Below are positions 38,701 to 50,235 of a DNA stretch of 64,000 bases, piece by piece. Position 1 is the first letter of the stretch, and every line of letters starts with the position of its first letter. The translations under genes were made by a program, and so were the position numbers. The notes beneath the pieces are model-generated. The model was not told where the DNA came from. It did no database searches and was given only the letters and a program-made list of their open reading frames with translations. Source of the stretch: Callorhinchus milii (Eukaryota); contig NW_024704742.1 in assembly GCF_018977255.1 (NCBI RefSeq), positions 89,468,001 to 89,532,000 on the forward strand. The letters run 5' to 3'.

Positions 38701-40693
38701 TCTCCTTTTAGCCCTGCTCATATTAGTTATTTTTTGAGCAGAGAGCGGGAATTGGATCCGAGACCTTCTTGCTCGTGTGGTTCAGTTTTCACACTGAACA
38801 GCAGCTTTAGTATCTAATCCAACAGGGAGCTAATGTTTGTCTTTATATAATAACGTACACTGCTGTTAACACACACACAATAATAATCCTCACATTTCAT
38901 ATAGCTCGTATTTCATTGTAATACTTGCTGTGAATTGTAGTGACAGTGCATTTATAGGCAAACTTGGCACCCATTTGTGCACAACAAGGTCCCAGAAACA
39001 TTGACAAAGCTGGATATAGCAATCTATGTTTGTCTTCTCCCTCGTGTTCAAATCTATTTACTCCTTGGCACCTCCCCACCTCTCTGACCTCCTCACTCCC
39101 CAATCCACCGCCTGGTTCCTCTGCTCATTTGGCACCGGCCTCCTGCTCGTCCTTCCCCCCCATCCACCCCACCATCAGAGGTCGTATTTCAGCCACTATG
39201 CCCGAAAACTCTGGAACACTCTCCCTCAATCCCGAGCCTTATCCCCGCTCTCCCCGCTTTCAAGTCCCACCTGAACACTTTTCTGTTTGACCGTGCTTAC
39301 GGCCACCTCCTCCTTCCTTGTAACTCAAAAGCATACATAGAAGTGCATACAATCAAAAAAGTGTGTCGTTGGCAATCCTTTTAAGATCATTGTACTTCTC
39401 GTTTATCTTTGGATAGAGCTGGTTTTCATCTGATGAGTTCCTCCATCCCTTTTATAATTGTCCTTTTTGTGATGCAGCCAACAACAGCAACAACAAATTT
39501 GTATAGTAACTTTCACATCGGGAGGACGTCCCAAGGCACAGTTAGGGATTTGGACCCAATCAGGGGTTGGGATTAGGAAGGGTGGAGGGTAGGAGAGTGG
39601 CCAAAGGCTTGGTTGAAGACGGTCATGGCATGGATGAGGGGTAGAAAGGACAGTTGGGGGTCAAACAAAATGCCAGGTTCCAGACTGGTTGAGTGAGGTG
39701 GAATGTGCATCCATGGATGGTGATGCCTGAGGTGTGGAGGTGCCTGACTGGAACCAAACACGCCAACGCACCAAATAGACCTGCCTGAAATTCCATGGTT
39801 CTTTTTGCTCAGGTTACTTGAGCCTGGATTAATATTCCCATGTAAATAATATTGTTTTAATTTTCCACGTTAAAAAAAGTTAAAGTTGCACCCACAAAAT
39901 ACACACAGTCCCAACTATATATCCTGTGAAGCACTTTTTGTAGAGTATACCCTTAACAGTCTTAATTAAATCTGTCAGTTGCAGGCATTTTACTGTTCCC
40001 TCTCCCCCAAACCCATTGCTACCCTCTGCAGTAAATGCTGTGACGCTCTGGGAGACATCCTCCTGACATGAAAGACACTATATCAAATGCAAGGATTATT
40101 TATTTCCAAGTCAATGGAAGAGAATTGTGCTGTATGATGCTGTGTGATTGGTAAAAGTTGCATTGTTTGGCTTGTTTGTTTCATTGAATTAACCTAGATG
40201 TTTGCCACGTAATGGTCCCATTTAATGATTTATATTTTTCCTACTAAATTAAGCATATAAAGTCTATTACATTGCAGCTTCAATAATAAAGTGATTAATA
40301 ATATAATTTTTTTTTCTTGGGACTGAATTGCCTTTAACGGTTTGAGAGAACATGCAACATTATATGACACGATAAATATTTTAATTAAAAACGAAATTTT
40401 CTGCCAGCTTTTCTTCTCTCGTAAGTGTGTTTTGGACAAAAATAGAAATTTAACAGAAGAGGTGTTTAATAGGAGTCGTTGTGACCCATTAAAAAGAGGA
40501 AACTTATAAGAGATATACATGTAGTATAAGACAGAATCTGCACTGTGTTAGATGATAAAACAACCAACAGCATTTCAATTTGAGATGATCTTGTTCCTTG
40601 GAAAGTATCTCACAGCACAACGTTCCATGAAATATATACAAATGTATCCTTCATTTCTGTTGGCCATTGTCGTTGTTCATGGTATAATGATTG

Positions 40694-41350
40694 TGGAGTC
40701 CTATAGCTTAGTGGTTAGACCACTTGCCTCACAAGCGAAAGGATCTGGGTTTGATTCCTTTCAGGGTGAAATGTGAGGCTAGTTTCCTTACTCCACACAT
40801 CTCTGTTTACCTAGCAATAAGTTGGTTGTTTGACGATTGACGGATCCCTTCACCGGGGACAACAATCCCTTAAAAAAATTGGGTCACTCAATCTAGTGGA
40901 GTTCTGTAGCTCAGTGGTTAGAGCACTCACTTTGCAAGTGAGAGACCTGGGTTCGATTCCCGTTAGGATGAAACCTTGGACAAGTTTCCTTACTCCACAT
41001 GCCTGATAATAACCTCTCAAGAAAATAAAACAATAATAAATTGGTCACTTCAAAACCACGACTGTTTGTCGGACACTTGGCTGCCGCATTTCTCCCAACA
41101 AATATACAGTCAATTCACTTTACCGTCTATCCTGTGAAGCGCTTTGAGACGTCTAGAAGATGTGAAAAGCACTATATCAAATGCAAGAATTATTATTATT
41201 TTTATGAGTGTTTGTGGGACACTAATGTGCACAATTGGCTGTCCACAGCATATATAGTCTATTCACTTTGCATTATATTCTGTGATATGCTTTGAGATGT
41301 CTCAACAATGTGATAAGGAGCTATATCAAAAGCAAGGATTATTATTATTT
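40694..41350 (+). mobile_element. Long-variant SINE interrupted by a nested short SINE (40897-41200)
   Basis: Host breaks after ggtcactcaatcta and resumes as tatgagtgtttgtgggac, with its own tail ending at ~41350. Confidence 0.87.
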
Positions 41351-41529
41351 TTAAGATAAAGCTGAATGTATTCACAATACTTGGATTTGTACAGAATTAC
41401 ACAGAGTATAGAGAATTGTAATTACATAGAGTAATACAGCACGGAAACAAGTCTTTAAGCTCAAATTGTCCATGTTAGTAGTTTACTCCACACCAGCCCC
41501 CACCCCTCCTTATCCCCCTCTCCTATACC

Positions 41530-42001
41530 CCCTATCACCCCCATCCTCACTTGACTCCACTGGCTTCCCATCGCACAGAGGATACAGTTCAAGATCCTGG
41601 TCCTCACCTTCAAAGCCCTCCATGGCCTTGCCCGTACCTCTGTGACCTCCTAACCCCCTATCAACCTGCTCGCTCCCTCCTCTCAACGGGCTCCGGCCTA
41701 CTTCACATCCCCGTGTCGCTCGTCCCACCATTGGCAGGCGGGCTTCAGCCATTCTGCCCCATCCTTTAGAACTCCATCCCGCAGACCCTCCGCCTCACCC
41801 CCTCCCTTGCCTCCTTCAAGACCCATCTCAAGACTCTCCTCTTTGACCATTCTTTCAATCACCCTCCGTCCCCTCCTGCCCTCCACCCTCCCCAATTCCG
41901 ACCCCCCAGCTTATGTCAGAAATACTGACTGTCCAGCGCCTTGGGACGTCTTCCCGACGTGAAAGGCGCTATACAAATGTAATTTTATTGTTGTTGTTGT
42001 T
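41530..42001 (+). mobile_element. L2 3' fragment
   Basis: Homologous to 35065-35525; (TTG)n tail. Confidence 0.9.
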
Positions 42002-45000
42002 TACTGTTTGCCTCACTGAGAGCTCAAAGATCTAGATTGTGGCTTACACAAACATACACAGTTCATCCTCAATAACAAGCAATGGTTAGACCCACCAAAG
42101 TCACAGAATGTCTGGCCACTGAGATTGTTGTTATTTGGAAAAAATAATCATTAAACAGTGCTTAATGCTAATGTAAGTATGAAATCCATTCTTAACGTAT
42201 GTCAATTGAGTACTCTTGTTAGGCTTGAAGTCTCAGCTGCTTTAAGGCTGTAAGACCGTGGCTGTTTGTGGACATTGCTGTGCACAAAGTGGCCACCTTG
42301 TTCGGTTACAGATACACTGTCATTACACTTTACAGTAAATTATGTGAAGCGCTTTGAGACATTTCAGCAATGTGATAAGACATTATGTCAAATGCATAGA
42401 TTATTATTCTAATAATAATAATCCTTGCTTTTGATAGATCGCCTTATCACATCTTCGAGATGTCTCAAAGCACTTCACGGAATATACTGAGAAGTGAATT
42501 GACTATATTTTGTGGGTGAAACGCATCAGCCAATTGAGCACAGCAGTGTCCAACAAACAATCGTGAATTAAGTGACCAAATTATTATTTTTTTATGCCTT
42601 AAATTTAAACATTGTGCAGAATTGTGAAACATTTTTTAATTCAGTCATAATATGGAAGCTGGTTCATTGTAAAAATAGCTTCTAAATTAAGAATGAATTA
42701 ACGTTTTTCCACAATTCTACATTATCTTAAATTTTAAGACAAAATGGTCTTTAAATACAAAGACTTGGTGGAATTTTGGGTCTATTTTACCCTCAGAAGC
42801 AATTTCCAGAAACAAACTTTATTGAAAATAATCTCAAATCAGATGTAATAATAATCATTGCATTTGCTTTTGCACCTTTCATGTCGGGAGGATGTCTCAC
42901 AGGATTTACTGTAAGGTGAATGCGTTAACCAATTTGCACGTAACATTTTCCGACAAACAGACACAAAGTGAATGGCCAATTTTATCTGGGATATTGTTGG
43001 CCAGGACACTGGGAGAAATCCCTTCTATTCTTGAATAGTGCCATGGGATCTTTAACATCCAGCTGAGCAGGCAGACGGGACCTTGGTTTAATATCTCATC
43101 TGAAAGACGACACATTCAGCAATGCAGCTCTGCATTGAACTGTCAGCCTAGACTGAGGCATGGCATTTTCAAAATAGCTTTGCATGGTACATTTAGCAAA
43201 GGAAAAGTTTTCCTGATTACACAGGTACCCAAAATGATCCCAATGTGCATTCTTCTGCAATTGAATATGTTAACCTAAGCAATTAAGTGCAGGGGGAAGG
43301 CACATTTCAGAATGGCATGTGGTAGGGCTTCTTGCCAGCAGCAAAAGGCCAATGTGAATACTTTAATTTCTTAGTGAAAGGATTTGTGCATTTTAATGCA
43401 CGAATTGAGGAAACTCAGCCGTCCACGAGGGAAAAAGAGACGTATGGTTCGGTACAGTCGTATGGTCTGGATGCAAATGTAACATTAAATAGGGGTCTAC
43501 TGACTGCCATGAAGTTACATGGCTGGACCTCTGCCCATTTGAGGACGATACTCCAGGGAGCCTCATCTCTGTTGGGTGATTTGATTAACGGCTCACTTTG
43601 AACCACCGTGCTGGTCTGTAAGGCAGTCTCAGTAGTTCAGTTCCTGAGCCTGACGGATCCGTAGTATTCCAAGGCACTGCTGATGACAGCACAGCTAATC
43701 TGGCTCATTGGCAGGACTTGGAAATTGAACAAAAGGCCTGACTGGAAAACACCTGCAGCAGAAACTCCGCACCCAGGATTCATATGCTGACAAGGTAAGC
43801 ACACGGCTTGGTAGTTGTCCAGCTAAGGTTGCTCTATCTGTTAGGAGTAAGGAGAACTCTACATATCTTCTTGATGAGCCATACAGGTTGGAGAACTAAT
43901 GTCAAGTGTTCCTCCTTGAAGCCAATTGAATCTATCATAGCAGGTGCTAAATGAATAAATGAATAAAGAATATTTTTTATTCATAACATAAAAGCGTGAG
44001 TACTTTTCGGGTGGGGGATGGGAGGGTGGAAGAGAGTTGTTCTGTCTGAAGACTGGGGGTGGGGGGAATGAACACGTAAAAAAATCCTGGATACACTTTC
44101 AATGAAAATTGGGACATCTGCTTAATACAGTCATCCTGGGCTGCCTGGCTGCAGGTCAGAAGGTGAAAACACGCGATTCATTAAGTGTTTTCTTCGCGGA
44201 TACAGAATAATAATAATAATCCTTGCATTTAGCAAAGTGCATTATCAGGTCTGAAGGCTGTCTCAAAACGTTTCACAAGATTTACCGTGAAATGGAGGGA
44301 CTGTGTATTTGTAGGCAAACACAGCAGCACAATTATGCAGCAAAATCCTACAAACAGCCATGAAGTGACTCACCAACTTGATTTTTTTATTTTGGGGGAT
44401 TGTAAGACTAGAAAAGGTTAAAAAGAAAAACCACAAAAAAATCAACCTAGTGTCTTGTATATTAAGATGCGGGGGGTTGGGGAAAGAGAGGAGGATGAAG
44501 AGAGGGAAAATGAGAGTGAAACCAATTTAGAAAATGCAGACAGAATTGATTTGTTTGCTGAGCTGTATATGTCCACTGCCAGATTGATTCACATATTCTG
44601 GCATTTTATCTAGAACTCTAAACTCTAGTAAATGATAGGCAGCAAGTATATTTTAACTGCTGGACTGACATAACTGGTTTTGTTAAGGTTATCCAGAGGG
44701 AAAGCCACATTGCTTTCCTGGACACTTTTCATATCCATCTACTCCCGACATATGTTCAGCGTTTCAATGAAACATTAATGGGTTATAGTTTTCCAAACAT
44801 ATTAACCATTGCCAGTACTGTGTGATTATTCGGGGGACATTTACAAAAGAATCTGATCAGTTGACATAAACAGAAACCATTAAGGCAACATCAGAGAGTG
44901 AAAGCTAAGGCATTACCCTGGCGCTACCATGGTACCATCTCTCAGCTAATGAAATGTCACTGCCAAAATGTGGGGACTAGTAATATGTCATGCCAGTGTC

Positions 45001-47959
45001 TCTCCTGTGACACTTGGGTAACTGTTTTACATCACGCTTTCTCTTCTTTAGTCTTGGCATCAACGTTGTATCCTTCATCTATTTTCTCCTTCAATTACCA
45101 TTTTTCTTTGCTTTTCCTATATATATATTCAACCCACTACGTTTTCAAACAGGACTGTCTCCCTCTGACAGATTTCTTTATGTTTCATTTGCATAATGAG
45201 TCATTCCGCAGCATAACAGAGCGTGCTGGGGGATGCTGACCACTTATGTCTCAGGATGTGAGTGGTACAAGGCGTATCTCTTTTGAAGCTGCGGGAACTC
45301 ATATAACCTGGCTTTCCAGGCTAATTTTAAAACTAATAAAAATTAAAAATACATTGTTCTTGTTTGAAAATCGGGCACTTATTTCTTCCAGCTGAGGTTT
45401 TGCCTGACAATTGCAGTATATGAATTTATTCCAGTAGTTGAATTTAATATCAGCCCCACTACTAAACTGATTTGACTGCACTGAGATTGCTAGCTGGCTG
45501 GCTGCTTGATTTTGTATTTAGAGGAGAAGACTCATTTGCAATGGGATGTTACTAGTTTAAAGAATGTGTTTTCAGACTCAAAGAATTTATACATGCATGG
45601 ATTCTTTCACATAGTATACAGCTTAATTCGAATGCTGTATTAACAGAGGGGATTAATCTTAACACTGAATCTTAATGAGCACTTTTAGCATTGCTAATGT
45701 TTGGTATCTCATTATAGGTTTAACACATTAATTGTGGGGTATACGTGTGTGGGTGAGGAAAAGTATATCTGCTACAAAGGAATATCTGAAGATTAAAAGC
45801 ATTTAACTTGATTCCTTCCCCCCTCCTTTTAGGGGCTGTGAAAGAAACTGAAACAGCTGAGCATTTCCGTCTCAAATAAGAGGTCAGGAGTTCGAGTCCT
45901 AGGGGTGCACTGTCACTCAAACTCACCTGCCTCAATTGGGTGCATTTTAACAGCTCTCTCTCTCACTCCTGCTGCAGGATGGTGGACAATATGCAAGTGG
46001 GCTATTCAGCCTGAGGAGAGGAAACAATTAAAGAGGGTAAAGGGGGAAGGGGCTTTGTCGCTTCATTCGAATCCTGCTCAGAGCCAGCTGATCACAAAGA
46101 CAGCACTGGGAGCAGTGATGAGGAATCTCGCAGTCTCCTACCCTCCCAGGACAAAGGAAATGCAGACAGGCAAACACCTAGACACAGAGGAAATAAACCC
46201 ATGTTTTCTTTAAGCTATTAAACATTTGCGATTTTCATTTTTTAATATCAATCTCTCTTTCAATACGATTTATCGTGGTTCATTGCTCATTGTGACCTTG
46301 AAGCAGCTTTGTTCAGCTGGTAATAGAAAGCAACCCTAGGTGGCAGTGTCACAGATTATACTGGTGCAATCTACAGAGCTGCTGTATTCTGTATAACTTC
46401 AAACATATTCCAATTACACCGCAATGGTGCACTTTTGGGACACTTATTTATACTTTTATGGGGGTGGAAGGTTTGGATTTAAAACAAAAGTGCTACGCTA
46501 CGTTACCAATTTTTGGCAAACAGTTCCCCAGATAAAATCAATCCTTCACTTATTGGCTCTTTATAGGACATTTGTGTGCACAAATTGGTTATCGCATTCA
46601 TTTACAAAATACATACTTTGCAGTGTATCCTGTGAAGTGCTTTGAGACATCTCAGTGATGTCAGGAGGATGTCCCAAGGCGCTGGGCAGTCAAGGATTTG
46701 AACCGGATCTCGTGGTTAGGAGCAGGAGGGATGTAGGGCATGGAGGGTAGGAGGATGAACGAAGGCACGACTCAAGACTTAAAATGGGACTTGAAGGAAG
46801 CAAGGAAGGGGGCAAAGCAAAGGGGCTGTGGGGTCAAATTATACATAGTCACTACACTGTGACTGTCAAAGGGTGGGGTTAGAAAATACACAGTCACTAA
46901 CTACACTGTGAAGTGTGAAGTGCTTTGAAACATTTAGCCAACATAATAAGCACCAAATACAAGGATTATTTTGTTGTTATTCCTCTCATTTCTTTTTTGG
47001 ATAAAATGAGCCAAGCAAAAAGGTTTCTTCCTCCCCAAAAAATAATTTCCAAATATGTAAACAGACTCTTTTGGCTCACTCTTAAACTACCCTTTTATTG
47101 ACTTGCAAATTGGGAAGACTTGAATCCTTTCTGGTCAGGTGCACCTGCAGGTTATTCAACATTTAGGATTTTAGAAGCTATCGATTTGGCCTAAGACAAA
47201 AACAGTAAGCATCCAGAATCTAATTATTATTTTGCAAAACCAAATTCATGGGGCATGTGAAAGTTTCACTTGTTTCACTCCTGGGACTCAAGCATTTTCG
47301 TTGGAATGAAGGTTACATTCAGCAAGTTTATACGATGCAGGCTGCTCGCATCTAATTAAGCTGTGCCTTCAGGCAGAGCAATGTTCAAGTTTACTGGTAT
47401 CCTGCAGCCACTATAGGACCATTGATATGAGCCATCAATAAACTGCCTGGGATTTAAAGAGCTTTTTCATTATAAGCAATGCTGATACATTAAAACCAGA
47501 GGGGTAATCACAAATCACGTATTGGATACTGTTTGTGAGAGTGCAACCATTACACGGCACATCTTTCTATTTAGAAAAATAGCTGGTTCCAGAATGGCAG
47601 TCAAAGTCTGCAGAAAAATCAAACCTTCATTATATAGAGAAAGGAAAAGGCCAGCAACGGGGTCAAAATAGCAGTGGATTCCAATGGGGATTCACTGATA
47701 GCAACTCAGAGTCATTAATGGGAAACCCTGTCAGTAGGTCTCGGTCAACTCATAAAATTACCTAGAATGATACAGACCCCTCGGGCCAATGAACCGTGTT
47801 GCTGTGTATACTCTACATGAGCCTCCACCCCCTCTTTTTCCCCTCTCCTCTATTCCCTTCATCCTCATGTATGCATCACATTCCCCCTTAAACCATTGTT
47901 GCATTTTGTGCAACTAAAGCTTCCAGCAGTGAGATCCACATTCTCACCATCCTCTATGT

Positions 47960-48013
47960 CAGGGATGGCCAATGTATGGAATAGTCACTCGGACTGCAAG
48001 TTGGCCATCCCTG
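47960..48013. mobile_element. 54-bp hAT (Charlie/Buster-like) miniature element with 13-bp TIR and 8-bp TSD
   Basis: ctctatgt|CAGGGATGGCCAA...TTGGCCATCCCTG|ctctatgt, inserted in a minus-strand CR1 3' fragment. Confidence 0.9.
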
Positions 48014-48329
48014 CTCTATGTGAAGAAGTCCCTCCTAAGCTAGGGACCTTTGGACCTGCTCTGAGATGGTAGATTGAGGGCATCTTGTGGATTGGTGCTG
48101 ATGTGCGTCGGCACCACAGGAAAATTGTCACAGCAGCTGAAGCTCACAATCAACAACAACAACTTGCATTTATATAGCGCCCTTCACATCGTATGGTGTC
48201 TTGTAAGTTTCACTCTCCTGTAAGTTCAATACAATAGAGTCTAATTTGTAGTATTTCTTATTCTTTAGTAAGGAATCCCATTAAGAAACAAGGCCCAAAT
48301 TAATTATTATTGTGTTGCAGCACGAACAT

Positions 48330-48760
48330 CCCCTTCTTCTCCCAAGCCAGGCAGATATGCATGCATGAACTTGGAGACTCTCACTATAACACGTTTAATT
48401 TCAGTGGGTTGGGGTGGTGGTGGGGAAACTTGGAACAACGACACAATAATCACTGATGGATGCAGGCACCTGGTCGGGCAGGCAGTGCCTCCGACCCTCT
48501 TACAGACCCGCGCACTCACAATCCCCCCATTCCCCGTTCTAAACATTAACCAACCTCGGGTTAACCATGTGATTGATGTTTCATGCTCCCTGTGCCTGGG
48601 CCAGGTCAGTGTCTTCTCCCTCTACAACAACAACAATAACGTGCATTTATATAGCGCCCCTCATGCAAAGTAGCGTCTCAGAGCCCCAGCACGCCAGAGA
48701 GAATGATGGGGCATCATCATCTCCTCAAGGTAGAACAGGCTCCACCCGTCAAGCTGTCCT
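48330..48760. repeat. Unnamed repeat, second copy of 33860-34320
   Basis: Shared collinear blocks ccaagccaggcagata, ctataacac..gtttaat, gcaggcacct, atggggcatc.tca.ctcct.aag, gctccaccc.tc.agc. Confidence 0.7.
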
Positions 48761-49571
48761 CCCTGGGGTCCAAGTTCCTGTCCAAAGGCTGTTACTATAC
48801 AACTGGAGATACAGTAAGCCCTGGCTTATCACACTCCAGGTATCCGAAATTCGTGTCTAGGATCAGGACCAAAACGGAAAAAGTAACAAACATTTCCCTG
48901 AGCCCACGGACGTGTAGACTCCTGCTGGCCACTCTCATCACACACCTCCCCCCACCGTGCTTGATGCTTCAGTGGCCAGGGATATTGACTTTTAGTTTGA
49001 TTCCTGAGAGGAGAAGGTAGTTTATTCACTATTTTCTGCTCACGGGATTCAAACGATTACGATTACCGGCATTGTAATTACATGTAGACGGAAATTCTGT
49101 CTCACCAATGGGATCTCCCTCCCATTAGTCCAGCCAGCCCAAGTTTTAACGTACTGACAAATAACTGCCAGTTCTTATCTGATGTCTATGAAAAACTTTT
49201 GCAAACATCTGTCCCTACTGTGTTCCTGGAATGAAGCTTGAGTAAGATTAATTTCGTACTGGCCTGGTAATCCCTTTATTTCTGTACTTGGCATCAGTTT
49301 CCTCTGCCTTCCGTTTTCCCTTTTGGATAAAAAGGCCTGTAGTTAATGGAACTGAGTACTTTTCACCTTCATGTCGCTACACAGCAATCATCACTTCGTA
49401 ACATTCAAAATATAATCCTCGCATTTGATATTGCATCTGTCATGTGGGGAGGACACCTCAAAGCACTTCACAGGAGTTGCAATGACTAGTTTTTTGTAGG
49501 GGAATGCAGCAGCCTATTTGCGCACAGCAACGTCCCGTAAACAGCCATGTACACAAATGCATATATTTGTG

Positions 49572-49894
49572 ATAATAATAATAATAATAAATCCTTGCAT
49601 TTGATATAGCGTTTTTCACGTCTTCTAGACATCCCAAAGCGCTTCACAGAATATACTGTAAAGTGAATTGACTGTATATTTGTGGGCGAACGCGGCAGCC
49701 AATTGCGCACAGCAATGTCCCACAAACAGTCGTAGATTGAAAATGACCAATTTATTATTGTTTTGGGTTTTGGAGGGAATATTATTAGGAGTGTGGAGTA
49801 AGGAAACTTGCCCAAGGTTTCGCCCTGCCTGGAATTGAACTCAGGTCTCTCGCTTGCAAAGCGAGTGCTCTAACCACTGAGCTACAGGACTCCA
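49572..49894 (-). mobile_element. Full-length young tRNA-Ala/Deu SINE
   Basis: Reverse complement of the family; tail loop TAGAA. Confidence 0.93.
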
Positions 49895-49902
49895 CGATCT
49901 AG

Positions 49903-50235
49903 ATGTGTGTTTAAACGTATGGGTGTATGTGTATATGTTTGTGTATACACATGTTTGTGTGTGAGTATCCATGGTGGGTGTTTGTGTGTATATGTTTTTG
50001 TGTACAGCTGTTTGTGTGTGAGTGTTTGTGTGTATACATGTGTGTATATGAATGTGTATTTGTGTGTGTGAGAGAAAAAGTGTACATGGCGTGTATGTGT
50101 ATTTGTGGGGCTGAGTGTATGTGGTGTGTATGTATATGCATATGTGCTTGTGTGTAAATGAATTTTCATGGTGTTTATGCGTGTGCCGGATATGTATGTA
50201 TATATGCATGTGTGTTTGTGTGTGTGTGAGTGAGT
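49903..50235. repeat. Degenerate (TG/TA)n low-complexity tract
   Basis: Seen directly; it produces the spurious His/Thr-rich and Cys/Val-rich ORFs. Confidence 0.9.
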
